Source: Archangium sp. (GTDB lineage Bacteria; Myxococcota; Myxococcia; Myxococcales; Myxococcaceae). From it: a stretch of DNA of 27,410 bases. The stretch covers positions 1 through 27,410 of the forward strand of contig JANLPS010000390.1 of the NCBI GenBank assembly GCA_031367385.1. The letters are read 5' to 3'. Positions 1-10,085 of the stretch are shown here, in pieces. How positions within the stretch are numbered: the first letter of the stretch is position 1; the number at the start of each line of letters is the position of its first letter. The notes beneath the pieces were generated by a model. It had not been told where the DNA came from, did not search any database, and was given only the letters and a program-made list of their open reading frames with translations. Made by a program: the position numbers and the translations under genes.

Positions 1-155
1 TCCGCGTTTCGGGGTGGCAACACTTTGATCGCCACCGGCACGTTCAGCTCGCGGTGAAAGCCGCGGTAGACCTGGCCCATGCCACCCGCACCCCGGGGCG
101 CGATGATCTCTATCCGACCGGCGGAGAGCTTTCTCCCGAGCAAGGGGTCGATCAT
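1..155 (-). CDS. Ser/Thr protein kinase, N-terminal part (runs off the window start)
   Basis: Not in the ORF track. My manual translation from ATG at 155 gives MIDPLLGRKLSAGRIEIIAPRGAGGMGQVYRGFHRELNVPVAIKVLPPRNA..., with the Hanks-kinase Gly-rich loop (GAGGMGQVY) and the VAIK lysine. Confidence 0.9.
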   Translation of the reverse strand, partial: MIDPLLGRKLSAGRIEIIAPRGAGGMGQVYRGFHRELNVPVAIKVLPPRNA

Positions 156-181
156 CTCGCGTACACTCCGCGGTACCCTAC

Positions 182-1540
182 ATGAGTCAATTCACGGCCC
201 GGGTGAAGCTGCCCCCCCTCGACGAATTTCGCGGCGTGCCCCAGTGGCACGTCACGGTGACCGACCCCGCGAGCAGCACCCAGCGGGTCTTTCACGTGGT
301 CTCCGGGTTGCCGTTGCGCGTCGGCGCCAACCCCGGCAACGACATCGTATTGCGAGACACCACCGCCAGCCGGGTGCACGCTGAGCTCTCCGCCGAGCCC
401 ACCGGGGTACGGGTGCGAGACCTGGGCAGCACCAACGGATCGTGGCGGCAAGGCGTGCGGCTCTACGACGCCATCGTGCCCGCCGGGCTCATCACCATGG
501 GCGAATCGCAGCTGCTGATCGCCTCCGAAGCGCCCGCGAAGCAAGCGTTGACCGAGGCCGCCCGGTTCGGCCCGCTGGTGGGGCAGAGCGCGCCGATGCG
601 GGCCCTGTTCAAGACGATGAGCCAGGTCTCGCGCTCGAACAGCACCGTGCTGGTGCGCGCCGAGAGCGGCTCGGGCAAAGAGCTGGTCGCCCGAGCGTTG
701 CACGAAGCCAGTGAACGCGCCTCGAAGCCGTACGTGGTGTTCGACTGCGCAGCGGCAGCGCCCACATTGATCGAGAGCGCGCTGTTCGGTCACGAGAAGG
801 GCGCCTTCACCGGCGCGACCACCCGAAAAATCGGCGTCTTCGAAGAGGCCGCGGGCGGCACGCTCTTTCTCGACGAAATCGGAGAGCTCCCGCTCGAGCT
901 GCAGCCCCGGCTGCTCCGCGCGCTCGAAGCCCGCGAGATTCGCCGGGTGGGTGGAGACAAATCGGTGCCCATCGACGTTCGGTTGATCGCCGCGACGCAC
1001 CGCGACCTGGCGCGCGAAGTGAACGACGGGCAATTTCGCGAAGACCTCTACTACCGGCTGGCGGTGGTGCGGCTGCGCATACCCCCGCTGCGCGAGCGGC
1101 TCGACGACCTGCGAGTGCTGGTCGAGCACCTGATGCTTCAAGCCGTCGGTGGAGACGAGCGGCGCGTCGAGACCCTGCTCGCCGCGATGGACGAGACGCA
1201 GTGGGAGCGGCTGCGGGCCCACCCCTGGCGAGGCAACGTGCGTGAGCTTCGCAACGCGGTCGAGCGCTCGTTGGCGATGGCCGATTCGCTGAGCCCCTCG
1301 TCTGATCTCGAGCCCGCCAAGCTGACCGGCGCAGACCCCGAGGCCGTGCAGTTGGATCAGCCGTTTCTCGAGCAGAAACAGCAGCTCCTCGAGGCCTTCG
1401 AAGCGCGCTACCTGCAAGCCATGGTCGACAAGCACGAGGGCAACTTGAGCCGGGCGGCGGCCAACGCGGGCATCGACCGCATGTACTTCAAGCGATTGCT
1501 CAAGAAGTACGGCTTGCCGCGCGCGCCCAAGGTTAGATAG
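182..1540 (+). CDS. FHA-domain sigma54-dependent enhancer-binding protein (FHA-AAA+-Fis HTH)
   Basis: FHA motifs (VG..ND, SRVHA, DLGSTNG), Walker A ESGSGKE, GAFTGA loop, Walker B FLDEIGE, FREDLYYRL, WRGNVREL and a C-terminal HTH (GNLSRAAANAGIDR). Confidence 0.95.
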   Translation: MSQFTARVKLPPLDEFRGVPQWHVTVTDPASSTQRVFHVVSGLPLRVGANPGNDIVLRDTTASRVHAELSAEPTGVRVRDLGSTNGSWRQGVRLYDAIVPAGLITMGESQLLIASEAPAKQALTEAARFGPLVGQSAPMRALFKTMSQVSRSNSTVLVRAESGSGKELVARALHEASERASKPYVVFDCAAAAPTLIESALFGHEKGAFTGATTRKIGVFEEAAGGTLFLDEIGELPLELQPRLLRALEAREIRRVGGDKSVPIDVRLIAATHRDLAREVNDGQFREDLYYRLAVVRLRIPPLRERLDDLRVLVEHLMLQAVGGDERRVETLLAAMDETQWERLRAHPWRGNVRELRNAVERSLAMADSLSPSSDLEPAKLTGADPEAVQLDQPFLEQKQQLLEAFEARYLQAMVDKHEGNLSRAAANAGIDRMYFKRLLKKYGLPRAPKVR

Positions 1541-2462
1541 CGCCGGTCTGAACATCGAAGTAGGCGACCAGCGTGCCCAGCGCGGTGTTGCGGCCTTCTT
1601 CTTCGGCTTCAGACTCGCTGACCACCACGCCGTCGAAGCGCACCAAGAACAAGAAGTTGCGCTCGGTGCTCAAGAACGGGTCGGCCTGCTTGAGGCGAAT
1701 CAACGCGGTCTCTCCGCTCTCGACGAACTCGGTGGTCGAGCGGGTCTCGACCTCACCCGAGACCCGGCTCGAGCTGCCGCTGTAACTGCCGCTGGCCGAG
1801 GTGCTGCCGTAGCGCCCGCTGGCCGAGGCTGACGCGCTGCCGACCGAGCCATACCGGCGACCGACCAGCACGTTCGAGGTCTCGCCCTGCAGGGTCATCT
1901 CATTGAGCGCCAGCTCGACCTTGCCCTTGCGGTTCTTCACCTCGCTGATGCGGCCGACGAAGAGCACATACCGGCCCTTGAATGTGCCAGGCGCCCGCAG
2001 CGCCGCACCGAGCTCGAAGAGGGGCACCCGCTTTTCTTGAAGAATGATGAGGTCTTGCCCGACGTTGCCGCCGCGGGTGGCGATGATCTGCGCCATCACC
2101 ACGCTCGCGTCAGAGCGGGTTCTCAGGTCTTCGCCCCAGATTTCTGACACCTCTTTGAGCAGCGAAAAGCCGCCTTTGTTGACGCAGGCCTTGAGCGCGC
2201 TCCAGCCCAGGTCTCGGCCGTAGTCGCGGGTCAGCTCTTTCGCGCCGACGCCGCACTCCACGGGGCGGCGGTACCCAGCGGCCCACTTGTCGAGGTCTCT
2301 GGGTGCGGGCGCCTTCTCGGTCGAGACGACGCGCGACGGTTTCGCTCCGTCAGAGGCCGGGGCCGGCTTGGTGGCACCGAAGGCCTCGGCGGCCGATTGG
2401 CGCTCGGGGGCAGTGGTGGCGCAGCCGCAGATCAGCAGCGCCCAGAGGGTGAAGCGGTTCAT
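1533..2462 (-). CDS. Hypothetical lipoprotein with Ser/Gly-rich insert
   Basis: Likely start is MNRFTLWALLICGC (signal peptide plus lipobox-like Cys). The upstream part of the 510-aa track ORF overlaps the next gene and looks non-coding. Confidence 0.7.
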   Translation of the reverse strand: MNRFTLWALLICGCATTAPERQSAAEAFGATKPAPASDGAKPSRVVSTEKAPAPRDLDKWAAGYRRPVECGVGAKELTRDYGRDLGWSALKACVNKGGFSLLKEVSEIWGEDLRTRSDASVVMAQIIATRGGNVGQDLIILQEKRVPLFELGAALRAPGTFKGRYVLFVGRISEVKNRKGKVELALNEMTLQGETSNVLVGRRYGSVGSASASASGRYGSTSASGSYSGSSSRVSGEVETRSTTEFVESGETALIRLKQADPFLSTERNFLFLVRFDGVVVSESEAEEEGRNTALGTLVAYFDVQTGAI

Positions 2463-2491
2463 GAAGGGCCTTTGGAGGGTCATCGAAATGG

Positions 2492-3034
2492 TCACAGCTC
2501 GGTCGACGGCGCGGGGCGGCGGGAGTCGGCTTTCTTCACCGCTCCGGGCCCGGGCCCGGGGCTCGTGCCGTCGGCGGGGGTGGCGGGCACGTCGCCCAGC
2601 TGAAGGGCCTCGGCCAGCGAGACGTAGCAGCCGTGCGCGTGCGTCGAGAAGCGGCCTTGGGTGTCGATCAACGCTTCGACGCCCTCCAAATCGCATTCTT
2701 GGGCGGCGGCGTGAACCCGGGTGCCGCAGGCGTTGACCCGCGCGGTGAGGTCGCTCGTCTTGGCGACGTTGCGCTGCAGGCAGATGCCGCGGCCAATGCG
2801 CTCGGCGAGGTCGACGTTGTCTTTGGCCTGGCGATCTCGGTCGGCCTCCGACGCCGCGGCGGCAGGCCGGGCATCGAAGTGACAGGCCTTCGAGCGGCGC
2901 AGCGTCTCGGTCGAGCAGGCCGAGCCGGTGGGCGTCTCGTCGACCTTCATCGGCGTGGTCGACAGCGGTTGGGGCTCGACGCCCCCCATGAACTTGGGTT
3001 CTGCAGCCAAAATGAAAAGCACGAGTGAGACCAT
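2492..3034 (-). CDS. Hypothetical secreted Cys-containing protein
   Basis: Start MVSLVLFILAAEP (short hydrophobic signal-like N-terminus), six Cys residues, co-oriented 29 bp upstream of the lipoprotein. Confidence 0.65.
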   Translation of the reverse strand: MVSLVLFILAAEPKFMGGVEPQPLSTTPMKVDETPTGSACSTETLRRSKACHFDARPAAAASEADRDRQAKDNVDLAERIGRGICLQRNVAKTSDLTARVNACGTRVHAAAQECDLEGVEALIDTQGRFSTHAHGCYVSLAEALQLGDVPATPADGTSPGPGPGAVKKADSRRPAPSTEL

Positions 3035-3238
3035 CTGTACGCTCCGAGGGGCAGTGCGTGTGCAACTTCGGGCCCGGGGCCTGGGGCAGGGCAAGCGAAG
3101 GCTAGCATTCGGGCAATCGAGGCTTTCAACTGCTTGATGAGACCGCCAGGCTCGGTTCTGAGGCTCACGTCAGCCTGGCATTACCTACATCAGACACCAG
3201 GTTGCGGAGGGGGTTCTCCATGGTGATGGTGGAGCGCC

Positions 3239-4117
3239 ATGTCTTCACAATCAGTTCGAACCGTTACCCGAGTCGTTCAAGCCCACTCACAACACGAAGG
3301 CGCCGGTTTCACCGTTCGCCGCCCCATACCCACCGTCGGCCTCGAGCAGGTCGACCCGTTTCTGTTGGTCGACGAGCTGGGGCCGGTCAGCTACTCGCCG
3401 GGCCAAGCCGTGGGAGCCCCAGATCACCCACACCGAGGCTTCGAGACGGTGACCTACGTGCTCGAAGGCGAGAGCGCCCATGAAGACTCGGCGGGCCACA
3501 AGGGGTTCATCGGGGCCGGCGACGTGCAGTGGATGACCGCGGGCGCGGGCATCGTGCACTCCGAGATGCCGTCGGTGCGAATGCAGCAGGCCGGAGGGCG
3601 CATGCATGGGTTTCAAGTGTGGGTGAACCTGCCCAAGCGCGACAAGCTGATGGCGCCCCGGTACCAAGAGGTGCCGAAGGCGAAGATACCGGTGGCGACG
3701 AGCGACGACGGCAAGGCGACGGTGCGGGTCATCGCAGGGCAGGCGCTGGGCGTGTCGGCAGTCATCGAGACGCGCACGCCGATTCTGTACCACCACTGGT
3801 CGCTCGAGCCGGGCGCGCGGGTTCAGCAGCCGGTGCCCTCGGCCTTCAATGTGTTCGCCTATGTCTTTGCGGGCGAGGTGAGCATCGCGGGGCGGGTGAT
3901 TCGCGATGGGCAGATGGCGATGCTCGGGCCCGGTGAGGTGGTCGAGCTGAGCACCGAGCCAGGCGCTCCCCAGGCTGCGCAGCTGCTGCTGCTGGGCGGC
4001 GTGCCGTTGCGAGAGCCGATGGTGCGGTACGGGCCGTTCGTGATGAACACCCAAGACGAGCTGGCGCAGGCCTTCGCTGATTTTCAGAGCGGCAAGATGG
4101 GTGAGATTTCGCGGTGA
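3239..4117 (+). CDS. Pirin family protein
   Basis: DPFLLVDE, metal-binding HPHRGFETVTY, WMTAGAGIVHSE, GPFVMN motifs; GGAG RBS upstream. Confidence 0.96.
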   Translation: MSSQSVRTVTRVVQAHSQHEGAGFTVRRPIPTVGLEQVDPFLLVDELGPVSYSPGQAVGAPDHPHRGFETVTYVLEGESAHEDSAGHKGFIGAGDVQWMTAGAGIVHSEMPSVRMQQAGGRMHGFQVWVNLPKRDKLMAPRYQEVPKAKIPVATSDDGKATVRVIAGQALGVSAVIETRTPILYHHWSLEPGARVQQPVPSAFNVFAYVFAGEVSIAGRVIRDGQMAMLGPGEVVELSTEPGAPQAAQLLLLGGVPLREPMVRYGPFVMNTQDELAQAFADFQSGKMGEISR

Positions 4118-4338
4118 AACAGCCTCCGCGGGTCGCGCGACTCACCGGCACGTCGTGGACGAGCGTGGTCGAGCGCGAGGGGTGGCGGCACTTCTACGTC
4201 ATCGGCGTCTCGCGCAGCGATGACGGGTGGCGCGTCGAGCTGGCGGCCAGCTGCGACCCTCATCGGCGAATCAGGGTGACAGCCCGTGAGCTGCTCGATC
4301 AAGACGGGTGGCGCGCTGGGTTGATGCCCTTGAGGTGA
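4114..4338 (+). CDS. Small Trp-rich protein (TIGR02450/DUF2389-like)
   Basis: GTGA overlap with the pirin stop; pattern SWTS...GWRHF.V....VEL.A......REL.D...W..G resembles this family. Confidence 0.65.
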   Translation: MKQPPRVARLTGTSWTSVVEREGWRHFYVIGVSRSDDGWRVELAASCDPHRRIRVTARELLDQDGWRAGLMPLR

Positions 4339-4371
4339 CAACGGCCCGTCGCTTTGCGAAAAGCGTTCGGC

Positions 4372-5109
4372 ATGTTCGATAGCGACGAGTTCAACCAGAA
4401 GCTGTTTTTTCCCCGGCCTGATTTCAACGAGCCTGGAGGCAGTCAGGTTGATCATTTCGTCGCCGTGCCGGGAGGCAGGCTTCACCTCCGTGAACATGCG
4501 GGCCCCGGCGTGCCGCTGCTGTTTTTTCACGGCAATGGCGAAGTGGGCTCTGACTACGACGAGGCGGCCGGTCTGTTCGCCGAGGCGGGGGCCGCGCTGT
4601 GGGTGAGTGATTACCGCGGCTACGGCGCCAGTGAAGGCGTGCCGACGTTGCGAAACCTGATCAGCGACGCGCACGCGCTCTTCGCCGCGATGAAAGCGCC
4701 CTGTCTGGTGATGGGCCGATCATTGGGCAGCGCCGCGGTGGCCGAGCTGATGGGGTCGTCACCGGCCACGATGCTGGGCGCGATCATCGAGAGCGGGGCG
4801 GCCGACTTCACCGGGCTGATTCGGCGCCGGGGCATGGCCGTGCCGAGCGCCTTCGCTCCCGAAGTCAGGGCGGTCTTCGACCCGCTGCCGAAGTTGGCCC
4901 GGGGCCGGGTGCCCTTGCTCGTACTGCACGGAGGCGCTGACGAGATGATCAGCCCTCGCGAGGCTCAGCTGACCTTCGACGCCGCCGGTACCCCTGCCGC
5001 TCACAAGACGCTCTGTCTGCTCGAAGGTCACGGGCACAATGACGTGATGCGCGCGCCAGAGTATTGGGTGGCCCTCAAACGCTTCATCTCTTCGCTGCCG
5101 AGCAGGTGA
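4372..5109 (+). CDS. Alpha/beta hydrolase (ABHD13/Bem46-like)
   Basis: FFHGNGE, DYRGYGAS, nucleophile GRSLG, LHGGADE (Asp), GHGHND (His). Start taken at ATG 4372 (MFDSDEF). Confidence 0.9.
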   Translation: MFDSDEFNQKLFFPRPDFNEPGGSQVDHFVAVPGGRLHLREHAGPGVPLLFFHGNGEVGSDYDEAAGLFAEAGAALWVSDYRGYGASEGVPTLRNLISDAHALFAAMKAPCLVMGRSLGSAAVAELMGSSPATMLGAIIESGAADFTGLIRRRGMAVPSAFAPEVRAVFDPLPKLARGRVPLLVLHGGADEMISPREAQLTFDAAGTPAAHKTLCLLEGHGHNDVMRAPEYWVALKRFISSLPSR

Positions 5110-5113
5110 CCCC

Positions 5114-5267
5114 ATGCCTACGACTGACAAACGCGTCGATGCGTACCTCAAAGCCGCGGCTCCCCCCTCTCGAGGCCAAGCGGCCCGAGACCCGCGCGAC
5201 CCGAATCGCCAAAACGGTGGCTTGGGTGGCGAGCGGCAAGTCTCTCAACGCGAAGTACGGGCGCTGA
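5114..5267 (+). pseudogene. Internally deleted remnant of a YdeI/OmdA-associated (DUF1801-OmdA) gene
   Basis: ATG 5114 gives MPTTDKRVDAYLKAAAP, like the family N-terminus. After a C6 run (5162-5167) a different frame gives LEAKRPETRATRIAKTVAWVASGKSLNAKYGR*, like the family C-terminus. The middle is missing. Confidence 0.65.
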
Positions 5268-5303
5268 CGCGTGGGTGACCAAAGGTCGGCGAGATTCGCG
5301 CCC

Positions 5304-6098
5304 ATGGGCCGAGTGATGTCGTTGGTGCGCTTCTGTGTGGGGTTCGCGGTGATCATGGTGCTGTCGCTGATCACCATGGTGCTGCTGCCCTTCTTGTTTC
5401 CGTTTCGGGTGACCCGCATCAAGCTGTGCAACATCTACGGCAAGGTGTGCGGGCGGTCGATCGTGTGGCTCGCGGGAGTGACCCCCAATGTCACCAACTG
5501 GGAGCGCCTCGCCGGCTCGATGCCCGCGATTTACGTGACGAATCACACCTCGACGCTCGACGCGTTCTTGTGCGTGTGGCTGTGCCCGATCGGCGCCTGC
5601 GGCGTGTTCAAGAAGGAGATCGTCTACGTGCCGTTCTACGGGCAAATCGCCTATCTCTCAGGGCACTTGCTGATCGACCGCGGCAACAAGGGCAAAGCGG
5701 TCGAGGCGCTTCGCGAGATCGGCCAGTTCATGAAGAAGAATCGCCTGGGCGTGTGGATCATGCCCGAGGGCACTCGCAGTCGAGACGGCTCGCTGTTGCC
5801 GTTCAAGCGCGGTTTCGTGCACCTCGCCATCGCGACCGGGTTGCCGGTGGTGCCGGTGGTGATTCATGGCGCGTACAAGAATTGGGTGACGGGCAAGTTT
5901 CTGCAGTTCAACCCGATGACGCTCGACGTCGAGGTGCTGCCTCCGCTCGATACCTCGAGTTGGAAGGAAGAGACCGCGTCGGTGCATGCCGATTCAGTGA
6001 GGGATATTTTCGTCGCGAAGCTGGCCGCGCATGATCAGGCTGAGGCGAAGGTCCCTGCTGCTCCGTTGGTGGCTTCGTTGGGGCAGACCAGCAACTGA
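5304..6098 (+). CDS. plsC: 1-acyl-sn-glycerol-3-phosphate acyltransferase (PlsC/LPLAT family)
   Basis: NHTSTLD (HX4D), IDR, PEGTRS, FKRG and VPV motifs; N-terminal hydrophobic helix. Start could be 5304 or 5316. Confidence 0.88.
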   Translation: MGRVMSLVRFCVGFAVIMVLSLITMVLLPFLFPFRVTRIKLCNIYGKVCGRSIVWLAGVTPNVTNWERLAGSMPAIYVTNHTSTLDAFLCVWLCPIGACGVFKKEIVYVPFYGQIAYLSGHLLIDRGNKGKAVEALREIGQFMKKNRLGVWIMPEGTRSRDGSLLPFKRGFVHLAIATGLPVVPVVIHGAYKNWVTGKFLQFNPMTLDVEVLPPLDTSSWKEETASVHADSVRDIFVAKLAAHDQAEAKVPAAPLVASLGQTSN

Positions 6099-6099
6099 G

Positions 6100-8073
<1,974 letters not shown>

Positions 8074-8230
8074 GGGGTGTGAACCGTTACACACCGGGGC
8101 CTCCGCGACATGGGCGAGCGAAGGCGCAAGTGTGCGTCACGGTACGGGTTTTCGACCATGGTGCTGCAAAGTTCTTCGGGCCGCGCTTTTCGACCTGGCC
8201 TCCCGTGCGGTTGGTCTCGAGGAGGCACTC

Positions 8231-8494
8231 ATGCTGAGGGCTCTGCAGATTTTGACCGCAAAAGAAGTCGCGAGGGCGGTGGTCGTGGTTTGGGTACTGG
8301 GCGTCAATGCGTGGCGCGTGCTCGCAGTGATTCGAAGGGAGCGCGCGCGTCACCGCGATCAGGTGCTCACCGCAAGAGGGCCACTGGGCGACGATGTGAA
8401 TCGTCGCGCCGAAGCGAGGTCGCGACCTCGGCTGTCGTCGGAGCTGGAGGCAAACGGCCTTCGCGTCGGCCCGACTCGCAAGAGAAGGGGCTGA
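8231..8494 (+). CDS. Small hypothetical membrane protein (87 aa)
   Basis: GGAGG RBS at 8221-8225 before ATG 8231; hydrophobic stretch AVVVVWVLGVNAW; stop overlaps the next start (TGATG). Confidence 0.45.
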   Translation: MLRALQILTAKEVARAVVVVWVLGVNAWRVLAVIRRERARHRDQVLTARGPLGDDVNRRAEARSRPRLSSELEANGLRVGPTRKRRG

Positions 8495-8787
8495 TGGAGA
8501 CCGTTGGCCTGATTGTCGGTGCCCTCGTGCTTCTGTGGGCCACCGCTTCGGTCGCTTGGCGCTTCGTCCGCTCGGTTCAGAGATGGTTCTCTCGCAACAC
8601 GGGGCTGCCTTCTCGAATGAGGGCAGCTGGTTCGATCAGGGCTGCGCTGGGCGAGCTCCTCGATTCGGCCTCGGCGAGCGGCCCCGTCGTCGAGGTCGGC
8701 GAAGGAGAAGATGCGGCTGACGACGATTCACCCTCTGAGACGTCAGACGCGAGCACCGAGGGCTTTCACCAAGACGACTCCCAGTGA
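8494..8787 (+). CDS. Small hypothetical membrane protein (97 aa) with acidic tail
   Basis: METVGLIVGALVLLWATASVAWRF N-terminal TM; Asp/Glu/Ser-rich C-terminus; TGATG coupling to the upstream ORF. Confidence 0.55.
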   Translation: METVGLIVGALVLLWATASVAWRFVRSVQRWFSRNTGLPSRMRAAGSIRAALGELLDSASASGPVVEVGEGEDAADDDSPSETSDASTEGFHQDDSQ

Positions 8788-8887
8788 GGCGGCTTCGATG
8801 CGACGAAAGGGCTCCTGCCCATGAGCCCAATCGGCGCGTGGGAGCGCGATCTTCTTCAGCCCGGCTGCGCGGCAATGGCTGGCGTGA

Positions 8888-10081
8888 TCACCGCGGCTCG
8901 ACTGGCCGCTCGTAGATTCGGTACGTCTTGATCTTTCGAGCGCCGGTCGCCTGAATCGTTCGGTTGATCAGCGTGTCGTCTTCGAGCACCCAGCCCATTT
9001 CGCCCGACGCATACCCGAGCTTTTGCGCCGCTTGAAACGTCTCGAGCGCCAGCAACGCGTCGATGCCACGCCGGCGAAACCCGTCTTTGATGCCGAACAA
9101 CAACACGCGCAGGCGCTCGATTTTTCGCGCTGCCCACAGCAGCTTGGCCAACCCGAAGGGGAAGAGGTAGCCGCCAGCCGCCTTCAACGCGACGTTCGTA
9201 TCGGGCAGCGTGATGCCGAACGCGACGGCTTCACCGTCAACCTCGGCGATGAATGAGAGCTCAGGCCGCAGCAAAATGACCGGTCGCACGCGGTGCACCA
9301 GATCATCGAACTCGCTGTCGCTCATCGGCGCGAACCCGAAGCCCGGCCGCAACATGCCTTCGTAGATGCCCTTGATTCGTCGAATGTCGGCCTCGGGGTT
9401 GCTCGTGTCGAGCCGTCGCACCCGAACATGGCCCGTGGCTTTGACCCGCTCGGCCAGGCGCGTCACCTTGTCGGGCAGACCCTGGGCGGCGACGAGCTCC
9501 CAGCTCCAGAGGTCTTTCATTTTCACGAAGCCATTCGCCTCGACCAGGCGCGAATAGTACTTCGGGTTGTACGGCATCATCATCGACGGAGGGCGATCGA
9601 ACCCGTCGATCAGCAGCCCGCAGTCGTGGTGAAAGGCGAGGTTGATCGGCCCCACCAGCCGCTGCATGCCGGCCCGGCGCACCCACTCGGTGGCGCGCTC
9701 GAACAAGGCGGCGGCGACGCCCGGGTCGTTCTGCGACTCGAACATGCCGAAGAACCCATCGCGGCTGTCGTGAAAGCGGTTGTACCGGCTGTCGACCACC
9801 GCGGCGATGCGGCCCACGGTGCGGCCCCGTCGCTTGGCCAAGAAGAACGCGGCGCGCGCCTGGCCGAAAAACGGGTTCACCTTGGGGTCGATGAAGTCGC
9901 GGCGCTCGGCCACGATGGGCGGCACGAAGTTGGTGTCACCCGCATAGTGCTCGAGCTGAAAGCGCACGAACGCGTCGCGCCCGGCCGAGCCAGAGACCTC
10001 TTCAACAATCACGTCAGCCGCCGCCACCGCGTGCTGCGGAGGCGGGACCGGCGGTGTCACCAGCTGCGCCCGACGAGCCAC
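8888..10081 (-). CDS. YghO-like GNAT acyltransferase (bacterial ceramide synthase-like), paralog 2
   Basis: Motifs D.NFVPP, NPFF, VGRIAA, FFGMFE, GFD.PP.MMMPYNPKYY, WVLEDD, KTYR; clearly paralogous to the adjacent gene. Confidence 0.85.
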   Translation of the reverse strand: MARRAQLVTPPVPPPQHAVAAADVIVEEVSGSAGRDAFVRFQLEHYAGDTNFVPPIVAERRDFIDPKVNPFFGQARAAFFLAKRRGRTVGRIAAVVDSRYNRFHDSRDGFFGMFESQNDPGVAAALFERATEWVRRAGMQRLVGPINLAFHHDCGLLIDGFDRPPSMMMPYNPKYYSRLVEANGFVKMKDLWSWELVAAQGLPDKVTRLAERVKATGHVRVRRLDTSNPEADIRRIKGIYEGMLRPGFGFAPMSDSEFDDLVHRVRPVILLRPELSFIAEVDGEAVAFGITLPDTNVALKAAGGYLFPFGLAKLLWAARKIERLRVLLFGIKDGFRRRGIDALLALETFQAAQKLGYASGEMGWVLEDDTLINRTIQATGARKIKTYRIYERPVEPR

Positions 10082-10085
10082 GCTC

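Noticed and set aside
152..1555. 467-aa antisense ORF (and similar long ones at 11627-13495, 19691-20503, 22642-23520, 24490-26061)
   Set aside because: They shadow well-supported genes on the opposite strand and carry no motifs; this is expected from high-GC codon bias.
2463..3065. N-terminal 200 aa of the 510-aa ORF 1533-3065
   Set aside because: Arg/Pro-rich off-frame read-through overlapping the 2492-3034 gene; a signal peptide and lipobox start at 2462 explain the real gene.
3145..3179. Hairpin GCCAGGCT-N19-AGCCTGGC upstream of pirin
   Set aside because: An 8-bp GC-rich stem is plausible by chance; no U-tract or recognisable RNA family.
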